A DNA stretch of 62,925 nucleotides, filler included, from Coriobacteriales bacterium (GTDB taxonomy: Bacteria > Actinomycetota > Coriobacteriia > Coriobacteriales > UBA8131): NCBI GenBank assembly GCA_031263105.1. It is 5 parts of 5 records of this genome, joined end to end, with 100 filler letters (N's around TTAATTAATTAA, not from the genome) between each part and the next. Parts side by side here need not be neighbours in the genome. Positions count along the whole stretch, not along the records: positions 1 to 19,259 come from JAISGJ010000074.1; 4 more parts are not named here. One strand, given 5' to 3'. The position numbers were made by a program, and so were the translations under genes. The notes beneath the pieces were generated by a model, which worked only from the letters and a program-made list of their open reading frames with translations, made no database searches and was not told where the DNA came from. Positions 8,820-18,125 of the stretch are shown piece after piece; positions within the stretch are counted from its first letter, which is position 1; the number at the start of each line of letters is the position of its first letter.

Positions 8820-10460
8820 ATGCTCGATGAGCTCCATGTCCGCGATTACGCCCTCGTGCGTGACGTGCGCATCGTCTTCTCGCCGGGCTGCACGGTGCTT
8901 TCCGGCGAGACGGGGGCGGGCAAGACCGCGCTGGTCGGTGCGCTCAAGCTGTTGATAGGGGAGAGGGGCGACGTCTCGGCCGTCCGCGACGGTGCGCAGG
9001 AGCTGGTGGTCGAGGGCCGCTTCGTCGCCGGGGACGAGGAGCGCATCGCCTCCCGACGCCTTTCCAGGGAGGGGCGTTCGCGCTGCACGCTCGACGGGGA
9101 CATGGCCGCCGTCGGTGCGCTCGGCAAGGCGCTCGGCCCCCTCGTCGATCTGCAAGGGCAGCACGAGCACCAGCTCCTGCTCTCGCCCGCCGCGCAGCTG
9201 GCCTGTCTCGACCGGTATGCAGGCGAGGAGGTCGGTCGCCCCCTTGCCGCCTATCAGGAGGCATGGGACGGCCACCTGCGTGCCGAGGCGGCGCTTGCGG
9301 CCCTTGCCGAGGCCGCGCAGGCCTCGGAGCAGATGCTTGCGCAGGCGCACCAGACGATCCATGACATGGAGGCGGCGGGCCCGCAGCCGGGGGAGTACGA
9401 GGAGCTCGAACAACGCCTGCCCGTCCTCCGCAACGGCGAGGGCCTCGCGCTCGCGTCCCAGACGGCCCTCGACGCCCTGAGAGGCGAGGGGGGCGGCTCC
9501 GGTGCCGAGGGCGCAGGCGCGCTCGATGCCCTGGCGGCCGCAGGGCGCGCGCTTGCCCAACAGGCAGGCCTCGATGTGCGCCTCGATGCGCTGGCCTCCC
9601 AACTCGAGTCGGTCGCCATCACGGCCGACGACCTGGCGGCCTCGCTGAGGGCGTACCGGGAGGACGTGGAGTTCGACCCGCAGGCGCTCGAGGAGGCGCA
9701 TGCGCGCCTCGGCGCGCTGGAGGGGCTGCGCAAGCGCTACGGGCCGCGCATGGAGGACGTGTTCGCGGCCTGGCAGGAGGCATCCCGGCAGCTGGCGCTC
9801 ACAGAGGACCGGGAAGGGCTCATGCGGGCCGCCACCGAGGAGCTCTCCTCGACGGAACACGCGCTCCAGGAGGCGGCCGCAGCGCTCGCGCAGGCCCGCA
9901 CGCAGGCGGCGGCGCGGCTTGCGGAGGCGCTGGGCCTGTCCCTGCACGACCTTGCGATGGAAGGCGCTGCGGTGGCCTTCTCCGAGCAGGCGCTGCCCCG
10001 CGCGTCGTGGGGCAGGAACGGCTCCGTCCGCTACGAGCTCACCTATCGGCCGAGCGCGTCGAGCGCCCTGCGCCCCTTGGCGAAGATCGCAAGCGGCGGC
10101 GAGCTCTCCCGCATCATGCTTGCGCTCAAGACCCTGCTCAAGGCCCCCGACGACCAGGTGACGCTCGTGTTCGACGAGGTCGATGCCGGCATCGGCGGCG
10201 CGACCGCGACCGTCGTCGCCGAGCACGTCCGCATGCTCTCCCAGACCCAACAGGTGATAGTGATAACCCATCTCGCCCAGATAGCCGCGATAGCCGACCG
10301 GCAGTTCGTGGTCGAGAAGACCCGCGAGGGCACAGGCGCCGTCACCGTCATCCGCGAGGTCTCGGGCACAGAGCGCGTCGCCGAGGTCGCCCGGATGCTC
10401 GCAGGGGCCTGCGACGACGTGGCCCTCGACCATGCGCGGCGGCTTTTGGAGGGACGATGA
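8820..10460 (+). CDS. recN: DNA repair protein RecN
   Basis: MLDELHVRDYALV, Walker A GETGAGKT, GQHEHQLL, ASGGELSRIMLALK, FDEVDAGIGG, ITHLAQIAA. Confidence 0.95.
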   Translation: MLDELHVRDYALVRDVRIVFSPGCTVLSGETGAGKTALVGALKLLIGERGDVSAVRDGAQELVVEGRFVAGDEERIASRRLSREGRSRCTLDGDMAAVGALGKALGPLVDLQGQHEHQLLLSPAAQLACLDRYAGEEVGRPLAAYQEAWDGHLRAEAALAALAEAAQASEQMLAQAHQTIHDMEAAGPQPGEYEELEQRLPVLRNGEGLALASQTALDALRGEGGGSGAEGAGALDALAAAGRALAQQAGLDVRLDALASQLESVAITADDLAASLRAYREDVEFDPQALEEAHARLGALEGLRKRYGPRMEDVFAAWQEASRQLALTEDREGLMRAATEELSSTEHALQEAAAALAQARTQAAARLAEALGLSLHDLAMEGAAVAFSEQALPRASWGRNGSVRYELTYRPSASSALRPLAKIASGGELSRIMLALKTLLKAPDDQVTLVFDEVDAGIGGATATVVAEHVRMLSQTQQVIVITHLAQIAAIADRQFVVEKTREGTGAVTVIREVSGTERVAEVARMLAGACDDVALDHARRLLEGR

Positions 10461-11578
10461 GCGTCGTCGGCACCGCGCAGCTCGGCAAGCGGACGAAGGA
10501 CCTCATCCCCCGCCTGAAGCCTGCCGACATCGCCCTCATCGACCACGAGGACATCGACCGCGTCTCCGCCGACGGCCTGGTCGCCAGCGGCGTCAAGGCG
10601 GTCGTCAACGCCGCGCGCTCCATATCGGGGCGCTATCCGAACGTAGGGCCGCGCATCATCGTGCAGGCGGGCATCCTCCTCATCGACGAGGTGGGGCCCT
10701 CCGTCTTCGATGCCGTGAGGGACGGGGAGACGGTCGTCATCGAGGGCGGCCAGCTGTTCTTGGAGGGCGCGCCCGTCGCATCGGGCACGGTGCTCACCTC
10801 AGCGCTCGTCGAGGAGCGCATGGAGGAGGCGGACGAGACGCTCGACGAGGAGCTCGAGCAGTTCGTCACGAACACGATAGAGTACCTCGACCAGCAGAAG
10901 GTCGAGCTCATCTACGACCCCTGGGTGCCGGACATCGCGACGGAGATACGTGGCCGACAGGCCTTGGTGGTGGTTCGCGGCTACGACTACCTCGAGGACC
11001 TCAAGACCCTCATGTCCTATATCCGCGAGGTGCGCCCCGTGCTCATCGGCGTGGACGGCGGCGCCGACGCCCTGTTGGAGGCGGGGCTGAAGCCGGACAT
11101 CATCATCGGTGACATGGACTCGGTCACCGACAAGGCGCTGCTCTCCGGTGCGGAGCTGATCGCCCATGCCTATACGGACGGCACCGTCCCTGCGGCGCCG
11201 CGCATGGAGAAGCTCGGGCTGGGCTTCACGGCGTGGCCGCTCGCCGCCACGAGCGAGGATCTTGCCCTGCTGCTCGCCTGGGTGAAGAAGGCCGACCTCA
11301 TCGTCGCCTTGGGAACCCACTCCAATCTCGTCGAGTACCTCGACAAGGGGCGCAGCGGCATGGCGTCCTCCTTCCTCGTGCGCCTCAAGGTGGGCACGAA
11401 GCTCGTGGACGCGAAGGGGGTGAGCAAGCTCTACCGGGCCGCCGCCCCTGCCTGGCAGCTGCTCGCCGTGGTGCTGACCTTCCTGCTCGTCGTCGTCGTC
11501 GTCATCGCGGTCTCGCCCTCCCTCCGCGAGATATTCACCGTCATCTGGCTCAACATTCGCTTCTGGCTGGGGATATAG
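10457..11578 (+). CDS. steA: SteA-like protein (thiamine pyrophosphokinase-like catalytic domain, C-terminal TM helix)
   Basis: KRTKDL, H.DIDRVSA, SISGRYPN.GP, VRGYDY.EDL, IGVDGGADAL, IIGDMDS, FL.RLKVG.KLVDAKGVS.LY; lies directly after recN. Confidence 0.85.
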   Translation: MSVVGTAQLGKRTKDLIPRLKPADIALIDHEDIDRVSADGLVASGVKAVVNAARSISGRYPNVGPRIIVQAGILLIDEVGPSVFDAVRDGETVVIEGGQLFLEGAPVASGTVLTSALVEERMEEADETLDEELEQFVTNTIEYLDQQKVELIYDPWVPDIATEIRGRQALVVVRGYDYLEDLKTLMSYIREVRPVLIGVDGGADALLEAGLKPDIIIGDMDSVTDKALLSGAELIAHAYTDGTVPAAPRMEKLGLGFTAWPLAATSEDLALLLAWVKKADLIVALGTHSNLVEYLDKGRSGMASSFLVRLKVGTKLVDAKGVSKLYRAAAPAWQLLAVVLTFLLVVVVVIAVSPSLREIFTVIWLNIRFWLGI

Positions 11579-11658
11579 CGGGCACGTCGCCACCCCACCT
11601 TTGACGTGGTATCATTGAGGCCGGTTCCCCGACCCCTGTGAGGCAGGCTGCGGTTCCC

Positions 11659-12960
11659 ATGTATAACTTCCGTTACCATCTGATAACCATCATATCCATC
11701 TTCGCAGCGTTGGCGATAGGCCTGCTGCTCGGCGTCGCCATCACGGGCTCCGACCTCGTCCGCGACGCGTCAAACGAGCTCGCGGACTCCCTGTCGGACC
11801 AGTTCGACGACCTGCGCAAGACGAACGAGGAGCTCACGGCCAACCTCCAGCTCAAGGCGAGCCTCTCGAACCAGCTGCTGGGCGACTGGCAGCAGGAGCG
11901 CCTCAAGGGCAGGACGATTCTCATCCTTGCGCGCGAGGAGGCGGGCGGCACGGCCCTGACCCGCGAGCTGAGCGGGCTGGTGACCCAAAGCGGCGGCATC
12001 CCTGTGCTTGCGCGCATCGACCCCGGCACAGGCTTCGGGCTCGAGGACGAGAAGCAGCTCGCCGCGCTCCAAAAGCTGCTCCCTGCAATCGAGGGGGAGG
12101 AGTACGCGACGACGCTCGCGCGGGCGCTGGCGGACGAGTGGAGCACCCCCTACAAGGGGGAGGAGGTGGAGACGCAGGCCGCCTTCAAGGAGAACTATCC
12201 CCTCACCCGGGAGCTCGTGGAGGCGAAGCGCCTCAGGGTGACCGTCGACTACCAGCCCCTGCTCCAGTCCTTGGGCCTTCAGGTCTCTGCGGAAGCGGTG
12301 CTGGCCTTCTCGCAGCGGGCCGCCTACGACGCCGCGCAGCAGCAGCAGCTCCCCTATGGGGTGAACGGCATCATCGACACGGCGGTCTACTCCTTCTCCG
12401 AGGGCGAACAGCTGCTCACGGATGCGGTCGCGTTGCAGGTGGCCTTGCGAATCGACGCAAAGGGACGCGCAGGCGACTTGCCCGCCCCTCCCGTGGAGGC
12501 ACAGGAGAGGAAGGCCGTCGGAGAGGCAGGGGCAGACGGGGCGGCCGAGGGGGCAGCCGAAGGCGAGGCCGAAGGGACGGCCGAAGGCGAGGCCTCTCCT
12601 CCGTCGACCGAGCAGCCTGCCAGCCAGGAAGGCGACGGTACAGGGGGACAGCCTGCCAGCCAGGAGGGCGACGGGGCAGGGGAGCAGTCTGCCGAAAGGA
12701 CCGATGCCGAGACGGGTGGGCAGCCGGTCTGGCGCTCAGGCGCACAGGCGGGCAACGCAAGCCACTACGCCCTTCTCGTCCAGCCGAACGTCGAGTCCGA
12801 GGCCCTGCTGTCGGCACTCCACAGCAGCGGGCTCTCTGCGGTCATCTCGCCCTTCGATGCGACCGGCCGCTACGGTGTCGTCGCCCTGCTCTCCGGTGCC
12901 GCCAAAGGCATATACGGTCTCGACCACTCCGAACTCAACCCCTTCCCTGGCGCCCCCTGA
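11659..12960 (+). CDS. SteB / MctB (copper transporter, DUF3186) family protein with an acidic low-complexity insertion
   Basis: N-terminus MYNFRYHLITIISIFAALAIGLLLG followed by a coiled coil; directly downstream of steA. Confidence 0.75.
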   Translation: MYNFRYHLITIISIFAALAIGLLLGVAITGSDLVRDASNELADSLSDQFDDLRKTNEELTANLQLKASLSNQLLGDWQQERLKGRTILILAREEAGGTALTRELSGLVTQSGGIPVLARIDPGTGFGLEDEKQLAALQKLLPAIEGEEYATTLARALADEWSTPYKGEEVETQAAFKENYPLTRELVEAKRLRVTVDYQPLLQSLGLQVSAEAVLAFSQRAAYDAAQQQQLPYGVNGIIDTAVYSFSEGEQLLTDAVALQVALRIDAKGRAGDLPAPPVEAQERKAVGEAGADGAAEGAAEGEAEGTAEGEASPPSTEQPASQEGDGTGGQPASQEGDGAGEQSAERTDAETGGQPVWRSGAQAGNASHYALLVQPNVESEALLSALHSSGLSAVISPFDATGRYGVVALLSGAAKGIYGLDHSELNPFPGAP

Positions 12961-13717
12961 CGCGTCGGTGGATGATGCGGAGGCCTTCGAGGGTCAGGTC
13001 GTCGTTCACGGTGTCGATGGTTCGGGAGAGCCCTGTGACGCGGGCCGAGAGCCCGCCGGTCGCTATCACGGTCGCGGGGTAGCCCAGCTCGTCGACGATG
13101 CGCCGGACGAGCCCGTCGATGCGGTCTATCTCCCCAAAGGTCAGCCCGGACTGCACCGCCTCCCTGGTGGAGGCCCCGATGACGCGGGGAGGCACGTCGA
13201 TGCTCGTCTTGGCAAGGCGGGCGGCCGCGTCGAACAGGGCCTGCGCCGAGGTCGCGAGCCCGGGGGCGATGACGCCGCCGACGAAGGCCCCTGTGCGGTC
13301 GATCACCTCGATGTTCGTCGCCGTCCCGAAGTCGACGACGATGCACGGCGCCCCGTACAGCTCCACGGCCGCCACGGCATCCGCCAGGCGGTCGGCACCG
13401 ATTTCCGTGGGGTCGCCATAGGCTATCGGGAGGCCCGTGTCGGTGCCGCTGTCCACTATGAGCGCGGGCGTCGTCGCAAGGCGCGCGGCAAGCTGCCTCC
13501 ATTGCTCGGTCAGAGGGGGCACGACGGAGGCTATGGCCACGTCGGTGACGGGCGCGTCCCCGAGCGCCTCGAGCGCGAAGAGCGCATGGATGCGCAGGGC
13601 AAGCTCGTCGCCCGTGTCGGCGGCATCGGTCGCGACGCGCCAATGGGCGAGCAGCCGCTCGTCCTCGTAAAGCCCCATGACAGTCTGGGTGTTCCCGACA
13701 TCGACAGCAAGCAACAT
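12935..13717 (-). CDS. coaX: Type III pantothenate kinase
   Basis: MLLAVDVGNT, ASVVP, IGADR, VVDFGTAT, GGVIAPG, VIATGG, LTLEGL. Confidence 0.95.
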   Translation of the reverse strand: MLLAVDVGNTQTVMGLYEDERLLAHWRVATDAADTGDELALRIHALFALEALGDAPVTDVAIASVVPPLTEQWRQLAARLATTPALIVDSGTDTGLPIAYGDPTEIGADRLADAVAAVELYGAPCIVVDFGTATNIEVIDRTGAFVGGVIAPGLATSAQALFDAAARLAKTSIDVPPRVIGASTREAVQSGLTFGEIDRIDGLVRRIVDELGYPATVIATGGLSARVTGLSRTIDTVNDDLTLEGLRIIHRRVRGRQGRG

Positions 13718-13832
13718 TGCTTCTCCTTCCTCAGTCGTCCGCCTCTGGTCGCCCACGCCCCATTGTCTTTCCCTGTTACCGCCCGCGCCCCCGCCGCCTG
13801 CCGCCCGCGCCCCTGCCGCCTGCCGCCCGCGC

Positions 13833-13965
13833 CCCCACTGTCATTCCGAGCCTGTCGAGGAATCCTTGATCGCGAAGCGATCAACCGCGACCGAGAGACG
13901 CTTCTGCCCGCAGTCGACTGCTTCGCAGCCGAAGATTCCTCGACAGGCTCGGAATGACAGTGGGG
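13833..13965. repeat. Palindromic REP/MITE-like element
   Basis: 32-bp perfect terminal inverted repeat CCCCACTGTCATTCCGAGCCTGTCGAGGAATC / GATTCCTCGACAGGCTCGGAATGACAGTGGGG; preceded by a 22-bp tandem repeat at 13781-13835. Confidence 0.9.
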
Positions 13966-14090
13966 CGTGACCTGTAACCAGCGGCATTCCCAACGGCGTG
14001 GCAACGCCTGTAATTGTACTGCATGTGCGTGGTATCATTCATAGAGTTGAATTGTACCGCTGCTTCCCGCACAGATTGGGAGGAACACCG

Positions 14091-14801
14091 ATGAGCGAGA
14101 GCCCTGCACGTATACTGGTCGTCGATGACGAGGACTCCATCACCGACGTCGTGAGCTACAACCTGAAGAAGGAGGGCTACGACGTCCAGGTCGCCGCCGA
14201 CGGCGCGACGGCGGTGAGCATGGTGAACGCAAGCCCCTTCGACCTTGTCGTCCTCGACGTCATGCTCCCCAAGATGGACGGCTACGAGGCGCTGCGCCAC
14301 ATCCGCACCAACCACTCCATGCCCGTGCTCTTCCTTTCCGCGCGCGACACGGAGCTCGACAAGGTCGTCGGCCTCGAGATCGGCGGCGACGACTACCTCG
14401 CCAAGCCCTTCGGCGTGCGCGAGCTCATAGCCCGCGTCAAGGCGCTGCTGAGGCGCACGTCCCCGCAGGAGCCGGGCAGCGCGGTCGCCGACTACAACGA
14501 GGTCATCGAGGTCTCGGGCATCACGCTCGACGAGGGGACGCACATGGCGGTCGGCCAGGGCGGCCCCATCGACCTCACCCCGCGCGAGTTCGAGCTGCTT
14601 GCCACGCTCATGCGCCACGCGGGCAAGGTGCTGAGCCGCGACCAGCTGCTCCACGACGCCTGGGGCTGGGAGTACCTGGTGGAGACCAAGACCGTCGACA
14701 CGCACGTCAAGCGCCTCCGCGACAAGCTCGAGGCCGCCAAGGTGGACCCGACGCTCATCGAGACCGTCCGGGGCTACGGGTACCGCTTCAAGCTGCTCTA
14801 A
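14091..14801 (+). CDS. OmpR/PhoB family response regulator
   Basis: ILVVDDE, LDVMLP, GADDY-like GGDDYLAKPF, LTPREFELL, TVDTHVKRLRDKL, IETVRGYGY; GGAGG RBS. Confidence 0.95.
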   Translation: MSESPARILVVDDEDSITDVVSYNLKKEGYDVQVAADGATAVSMVNASPFDLVVLDVMLPKMDGYEALRHIRTNHSMPVLFLSARDTELDKVVGLEIGGDDYLAKPFGVRELIARVKALLRRTSPQEPGSAVADYNEVIEVSGITLDEGTHMAVGQGGPIDLTPREFELLATLMRHAGKVLSRDQLLHDAWGWEYLVETKTVDTHVKRLRDKLEAAKVDPTLIETVRGYGYRFKLL

Positions 14802-14817
14802 GGAACCGGGCCGACCC

Positions 14818-15861
14818 GTGCATTACCGTGCGCTGCGCATACTCCTTGCCACCATCAGCGCACTCAGCACGCTCGTGTTCTCCCTGCTCCTCGTGCTGAT
14901 TATCGTCATCGACCCCCGTGTCACCTACTGGCTGCTCATGCTGGCGGTGCCGTTCTCGCTCTTCACCTTCTTCATCGCGCTCTGGCTCTCGGGGCTCTTG
15001 CTGCTGCCGCTCGGCGAGCTTGCGGAGAAGACGCGTCGCCTCGCCGCCGGCGACCTGTCCGTGCAGTTCACCGATGCGGCCACCCGCAGCGCCCCCCCTG
15101 CGGTCCTCAAGCTCAGCGAGTCGCTCGACAAGGTGGGCCTGCGCGTGCGTTCGAGCATGGCGGAGGTGGCGGCGGAGGGCAAGCGGCAGGGGCAGTTCGT
15201 CTCGGACGTCTCCCATGAGATACGCACGCCGCTGACGGCCATCCGAGGGGCGGCCGAGACGCTGCTGGACGAGGACATCCCCTACCGCGACCGCCAGCGC
15301 TTCTGCGAGACCATCATCCACGAGAGCGAGCGCCTGACCCGCCTGGCGAACGACCTTCTCACGCTCCAGCGCATCGAAGGGGACGGAGAGGTACGGCTCA
15401 AACGCGTCGATCTGCACGGCATCGTCGAATACGCGGCGGCGATGCTGGAGCCGCTGCTCGAGGAGCGCGAGGTCGTCCTCACGATTTCGGGGGAGGCACC
15501 CGATGTCCTCGGCGACCCCGACCGCCTGCAGCAGGTCGTGCAGAACCTCATCGAGAACGCAAGCCACTTCGTCGGCGAGGGCGGCTGCATCCACGTCGAG
15601 CTCTCAGGCCTTCGCGAGCACAGCGTGATAACCGTCTCCGACGACGGCCCCGGATTCGGCGACATCGACCCCGCCCGCCTGTTCGACCGCTTCTACCGTG
15701 GCGACTTCAGCCGCGCACGGACCTACGGCGGCGCCGGCCTCGGCCTCACCATCGTGAAGGCGATAGTGACGGCCCACGAGGGCACCGTCGAGGCAGTCAA
15801 CCTCCCCACCGGCGGCGCCTGCTTCATCGTAGCCATCCCCTCCCTCCCCCCGCGCGGATAG
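14818..15861 (+). CDS. HAMP-domain sensor histidine kinase (intramembrane-sensing type)
   Basis: Two closely spaced TM helices; H-box SHEIRTPL, N-box NLIENA, DDGPG, FDRFYR, GAGLGL. Confidence 0.92.
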   Translation: MHYRALRILLATISALSTLVFSLLLVLIIVIDPRVTYWLLMLAVPFSLFTFFIALWLSGLLLLPLGELAEKTRRLAAGDLSVQFTDAATRSAPPAVLKLSESLDKVGLRVRSSMAEVAAEGKRQGQFVSDVSHEIRTPLTAIRGAAETLLDEDIPYRDRQRFCETIIHESERLTRLANDLLTLQRIEGDGEVRLKRVDLHGIVEYAAAMLEPLLEEREVVLTISGEAPDVLGDPDRLQQVVQNLIENASHFVGEGGCIHVELSGLREHSVITVSDDGPGFGDIDPARLFDRFYRGDFSRARTYGGAGLGLTIVKAIVTAHEGTVEAVNLPTGGACFIVAIPSLPPRG

Positions 15862-16010
15862 GCCTTTCGAGTATGTCAAGGTGCACGTCCCCCTGACAGG
15901 CGTCCCCCCTGACTCGTTTGGGAGCGGGCGGTGCCTCTATCGACTGCCCGCTTCTCCAGTGCGAGCATCTTCCTGTCGTTCCCGTCAACCTCGACCGCTA
16001 GCCACTTTGT

Positions 16011-16208
16011 TCACAGGATTGTGGCCCAGTTTCGTTTGGCGTAGAGCACCCGCACGACATCAACGCGTTCCGCCTCTTCGTCAATGACGAAGAAGAGCGT
16101 GTGGTTCGTAACGCTTAACCAGCGAAATCCCAAGGAGGCCAAGCGCTCGTCTCGAACGAGGGGAAGCCGAGCCGGGTTCTCCTTTGCCTTGTCAGACGCG
16201 AAAATGAC
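16011..16208 (-). pseudogene. RelE/ParE family toxin remnant (C-terminal part only, no start codon)
   Basis: My translation of the minus strand: ...ENPARLPLVRDERLASLGFRWLSVTNHTLFFVIDEEAERVDVVRVLYAKRNWATIL*; in-frame TGA upstream and no start codon. Confidence 0.7.
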
Positions 16209-16298
16209 TCACCGTCTGACGCAAGCAGGCAACAGTCACGCTACAGTATGGTAGTATTGGTTCCTGTCACAAGCAAACGAAAGGAAGGGAGGAGCACT

Positions 16299-16487
16299 AT
16301 GGCGACCTCGAGCTTTGGGCAGATAGTCGTTTTGGACGACGACATGGCCGACCGCATCATCGAGTCGAACAGAACCGCAAACACTCTATCCTTTGGCAAG
16401 GGCAGCGATTTGTTCAGACCCGCGACCAAAGAGGAAACCGAGCGCATCGTTGTTGCACTTGGCGGCAAGGTCGAGACGGCGAAATGA
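16299..16487 (+). CDS. Small hypothetical protein, probable antitoxin-like partner of the downstream GNAT-like gene
   Basis: Strong RBS GGGAGGAG; 62 aa starting MATSSFGQIVVLDD; ATGA overlap with the next ORF. Confidence 0.6.
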   Translation: MATSSFGQIVVLDDDMADRIIESNRTANTLSFGKGSDLFRPATKEETERIVVALGGKVETAK

Positions 16488-16708
16488 TGGCCAAGTACTT
16501 TGTCCAACAGCTTGGCAATTTGCTTACCTACAACATCAGGCAGGAACTTCTTGAAACCAAACTCAGGGAGTTCTCCTGTGCGCGAGACAAACAGCTTGAA
16601 AAATTCATCCATGAGCAAGCCATAATCTACGAGAGACGTGGTTTCAGTCGGACGTATGAGGGTTACTACAAAATGTACAAAGTGCCCCCTGACTCGTTTG
16701 CCGCTTGA
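16484..16708 (+). pseudogene. Internally deleted GNAT-family toxin-like gene
   Basis: EFSCARDKQLEKFIHEQAIIYERRGFSRTY resembles the N-terminus of GNAT toxins, but the ORF ends after 74 aa with no acetyl-CoA-binding core. Confidence 0.5.
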
Positions 16709-16847
16709 TTGCAGGTGAGCTACGAATTGGGTCAAGATGTCGGCAAGCCACGGCAAGCCACGATGCGGAAACCGACGACTGCGTTGACCTTTACGGTAAG
16801 GTATCAGTAGGTTTGGCTGCAGGACTTCGATGGGAGGGTATCAGGCG

Positions 16848-18125
16848 ATGACGCTTCTGGTCGCCAAATTCGGCGGCACATCTGTGGCGAACCCCGAGCG
16901 TGTCAAGGATGTGGCACGTAGGCTCGTCTCCTGCCATCGTGGCGGGAGCCAGGTGGTCGCCGTCGTGAGCGCCATGGGGCCTGCGACCGACGAGCTGCTC
17001 GCGTTGGCCCGCAGCGTGAACGCGAGCCCTCCGGCCCGCGAGCTCGACCAGCTGCTCGCGACCGGCGAGCAGGTGAGCATGTCCCTTCTCGCCATGGCCA
17101 TCGAGGCGCTGGGCGTGCGGGCCGTGAGCATGACGGGGCGGCAGGCAGGCATCCTCACGACGACGGTGTTCAACCGTGCAAAGATCGCCGAGGTGCGGGC
17201 CGACCGTCTCAAGAAGGAGCTCGACCGTGGCAGGATCGTCATCGTGGCCGGCTTCCAGGGCGTCACGGCGGAGGGCGACATCACGACGCTCGGCCGTGGC
17301 GGCTCGGACACGACCGCAGTGGCGCTGGCCGCCGGCATCGGCGCGGACGTCTGTGAGATATACACCGATGTGGACGGCGTCTACACCGCCGACCCGCGCA
17401 GGGTGCCCCGTGCCCGCAGGCTTGCGGCCGTCAGCTACGAGGAGATGCTCGAGCTCGCCGCATCCGGCAGCGGCGTGCTCCAGATGCGCTCCGTCGAGGT
17501 GGCGCGCAACTACGGCGTGGTCATCCAGTGCCGCTCCGCCTTCACCGCAGGCCCCGGAACCCTTGTCAAGGAGGCAAAGGACATGGAATCAGCCATCGTC
17601 TCAGGCATCGCATACGACGACTCGGAAGCGAAGGTCACGGTTCGCGACGTGCCCGACCGCGTGGGCATCGCCGCCGAGGTCTTCAGTGCGCTCGCCGCTG
17701 CGGGCATCAACATCGACATGATCGTCCAGAACATATCCGAGAACGGCACGACGGACATCAGCTTCACCTGTCCCGCCGAGGACCTGACGAAGCTTCGGCC
17801 CGTCCTCGACGAGCAGGTCTGCGGCCTGGGCGTGCGCGGCTATGTGGTGGACGAGTCCGTCTCGAAGGTCTCGCTCGTCGGCGCGGGCATGAAGAGCAAC
17901 CCCGGCATCGCGGCCCGGATGTTCCGCGTGCTTGCGGACGAGGGGATAAACCTGAACATGATCTCGACCTCCGCCATCCGCATAAGCGTGGTCATCGAGG
18001 GCGGCGGGGCCACACGCGCCCTGCGCGCCCTGCACACCGCCTTCGGCCTCGACAGCGACCAGGTCTTCGAGGAGACCCAGCTGAGCAGCGAGGAGCTGGC
18101 AGCAAAGGCCGAGAAGGGGCGCTAG
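16848..18125 (+). CDS. lysC: Aspartate kinase (two ACT domains)
   Basis: KFGGTSV, VVSAMG, GRGGSDTTA, IYTDVDGVYTADPR, SYEEMLELA, INIDMIVQN, STSAIRIS. Confidence 0.95.
   Translation: MTLLVAKFGGTSVANPERVKDVARRLVSCHRGGSQVVAVVSAMGPATDELLALARSVNASPPARELDQLLATGEQVSMSLLAMAIEALGVRAVSMTGRQAGILTTTVFNRAKIAEVRADRLKKELDRGRIVIVAGFQGVTAEGDITTLGRGGSDTTAVALAAGIGADVCEIYTDVDGVYTADPRRVPRARRLAAVSYEEMLELAASGSGVLQMRSVEVARNYGVVIQCRSAFTAGPGTLVKEAKDMESAIVSGIAYDDSEAKVTVRDVPDRVGIAAEVFSALAAAGINIDMIVQNISENGTTDISFTCPAEDLTKLRPVLDEQVCGLGVRGYVVDESVSKVSLVGAGMKSNPGIAARMFRVLADEGINLNMISTSAIRISVVIEGGGATRALRALHTAFGLDSDQVFEETQLSSEELAAKAEKGR

Noticed and set aside
6870..10433. 1187-aa minus-strand ORF and similar long antisense ORFs (19312-22137, 24762-27266, 43405-46311, 57907-61083)
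   Set aside because: Shadow frames of real high-GC genes on the opposite strand; no recognisable motifs
13531..14038. Short ORFs made of CHSEP/VIPS/GMTVG peptides (also near 19300-19700, 24081-24605, 45864-46631 and 60842-61229)
   Set aside because: These are translations of the palindromic repeats and tandem arrays, not genes
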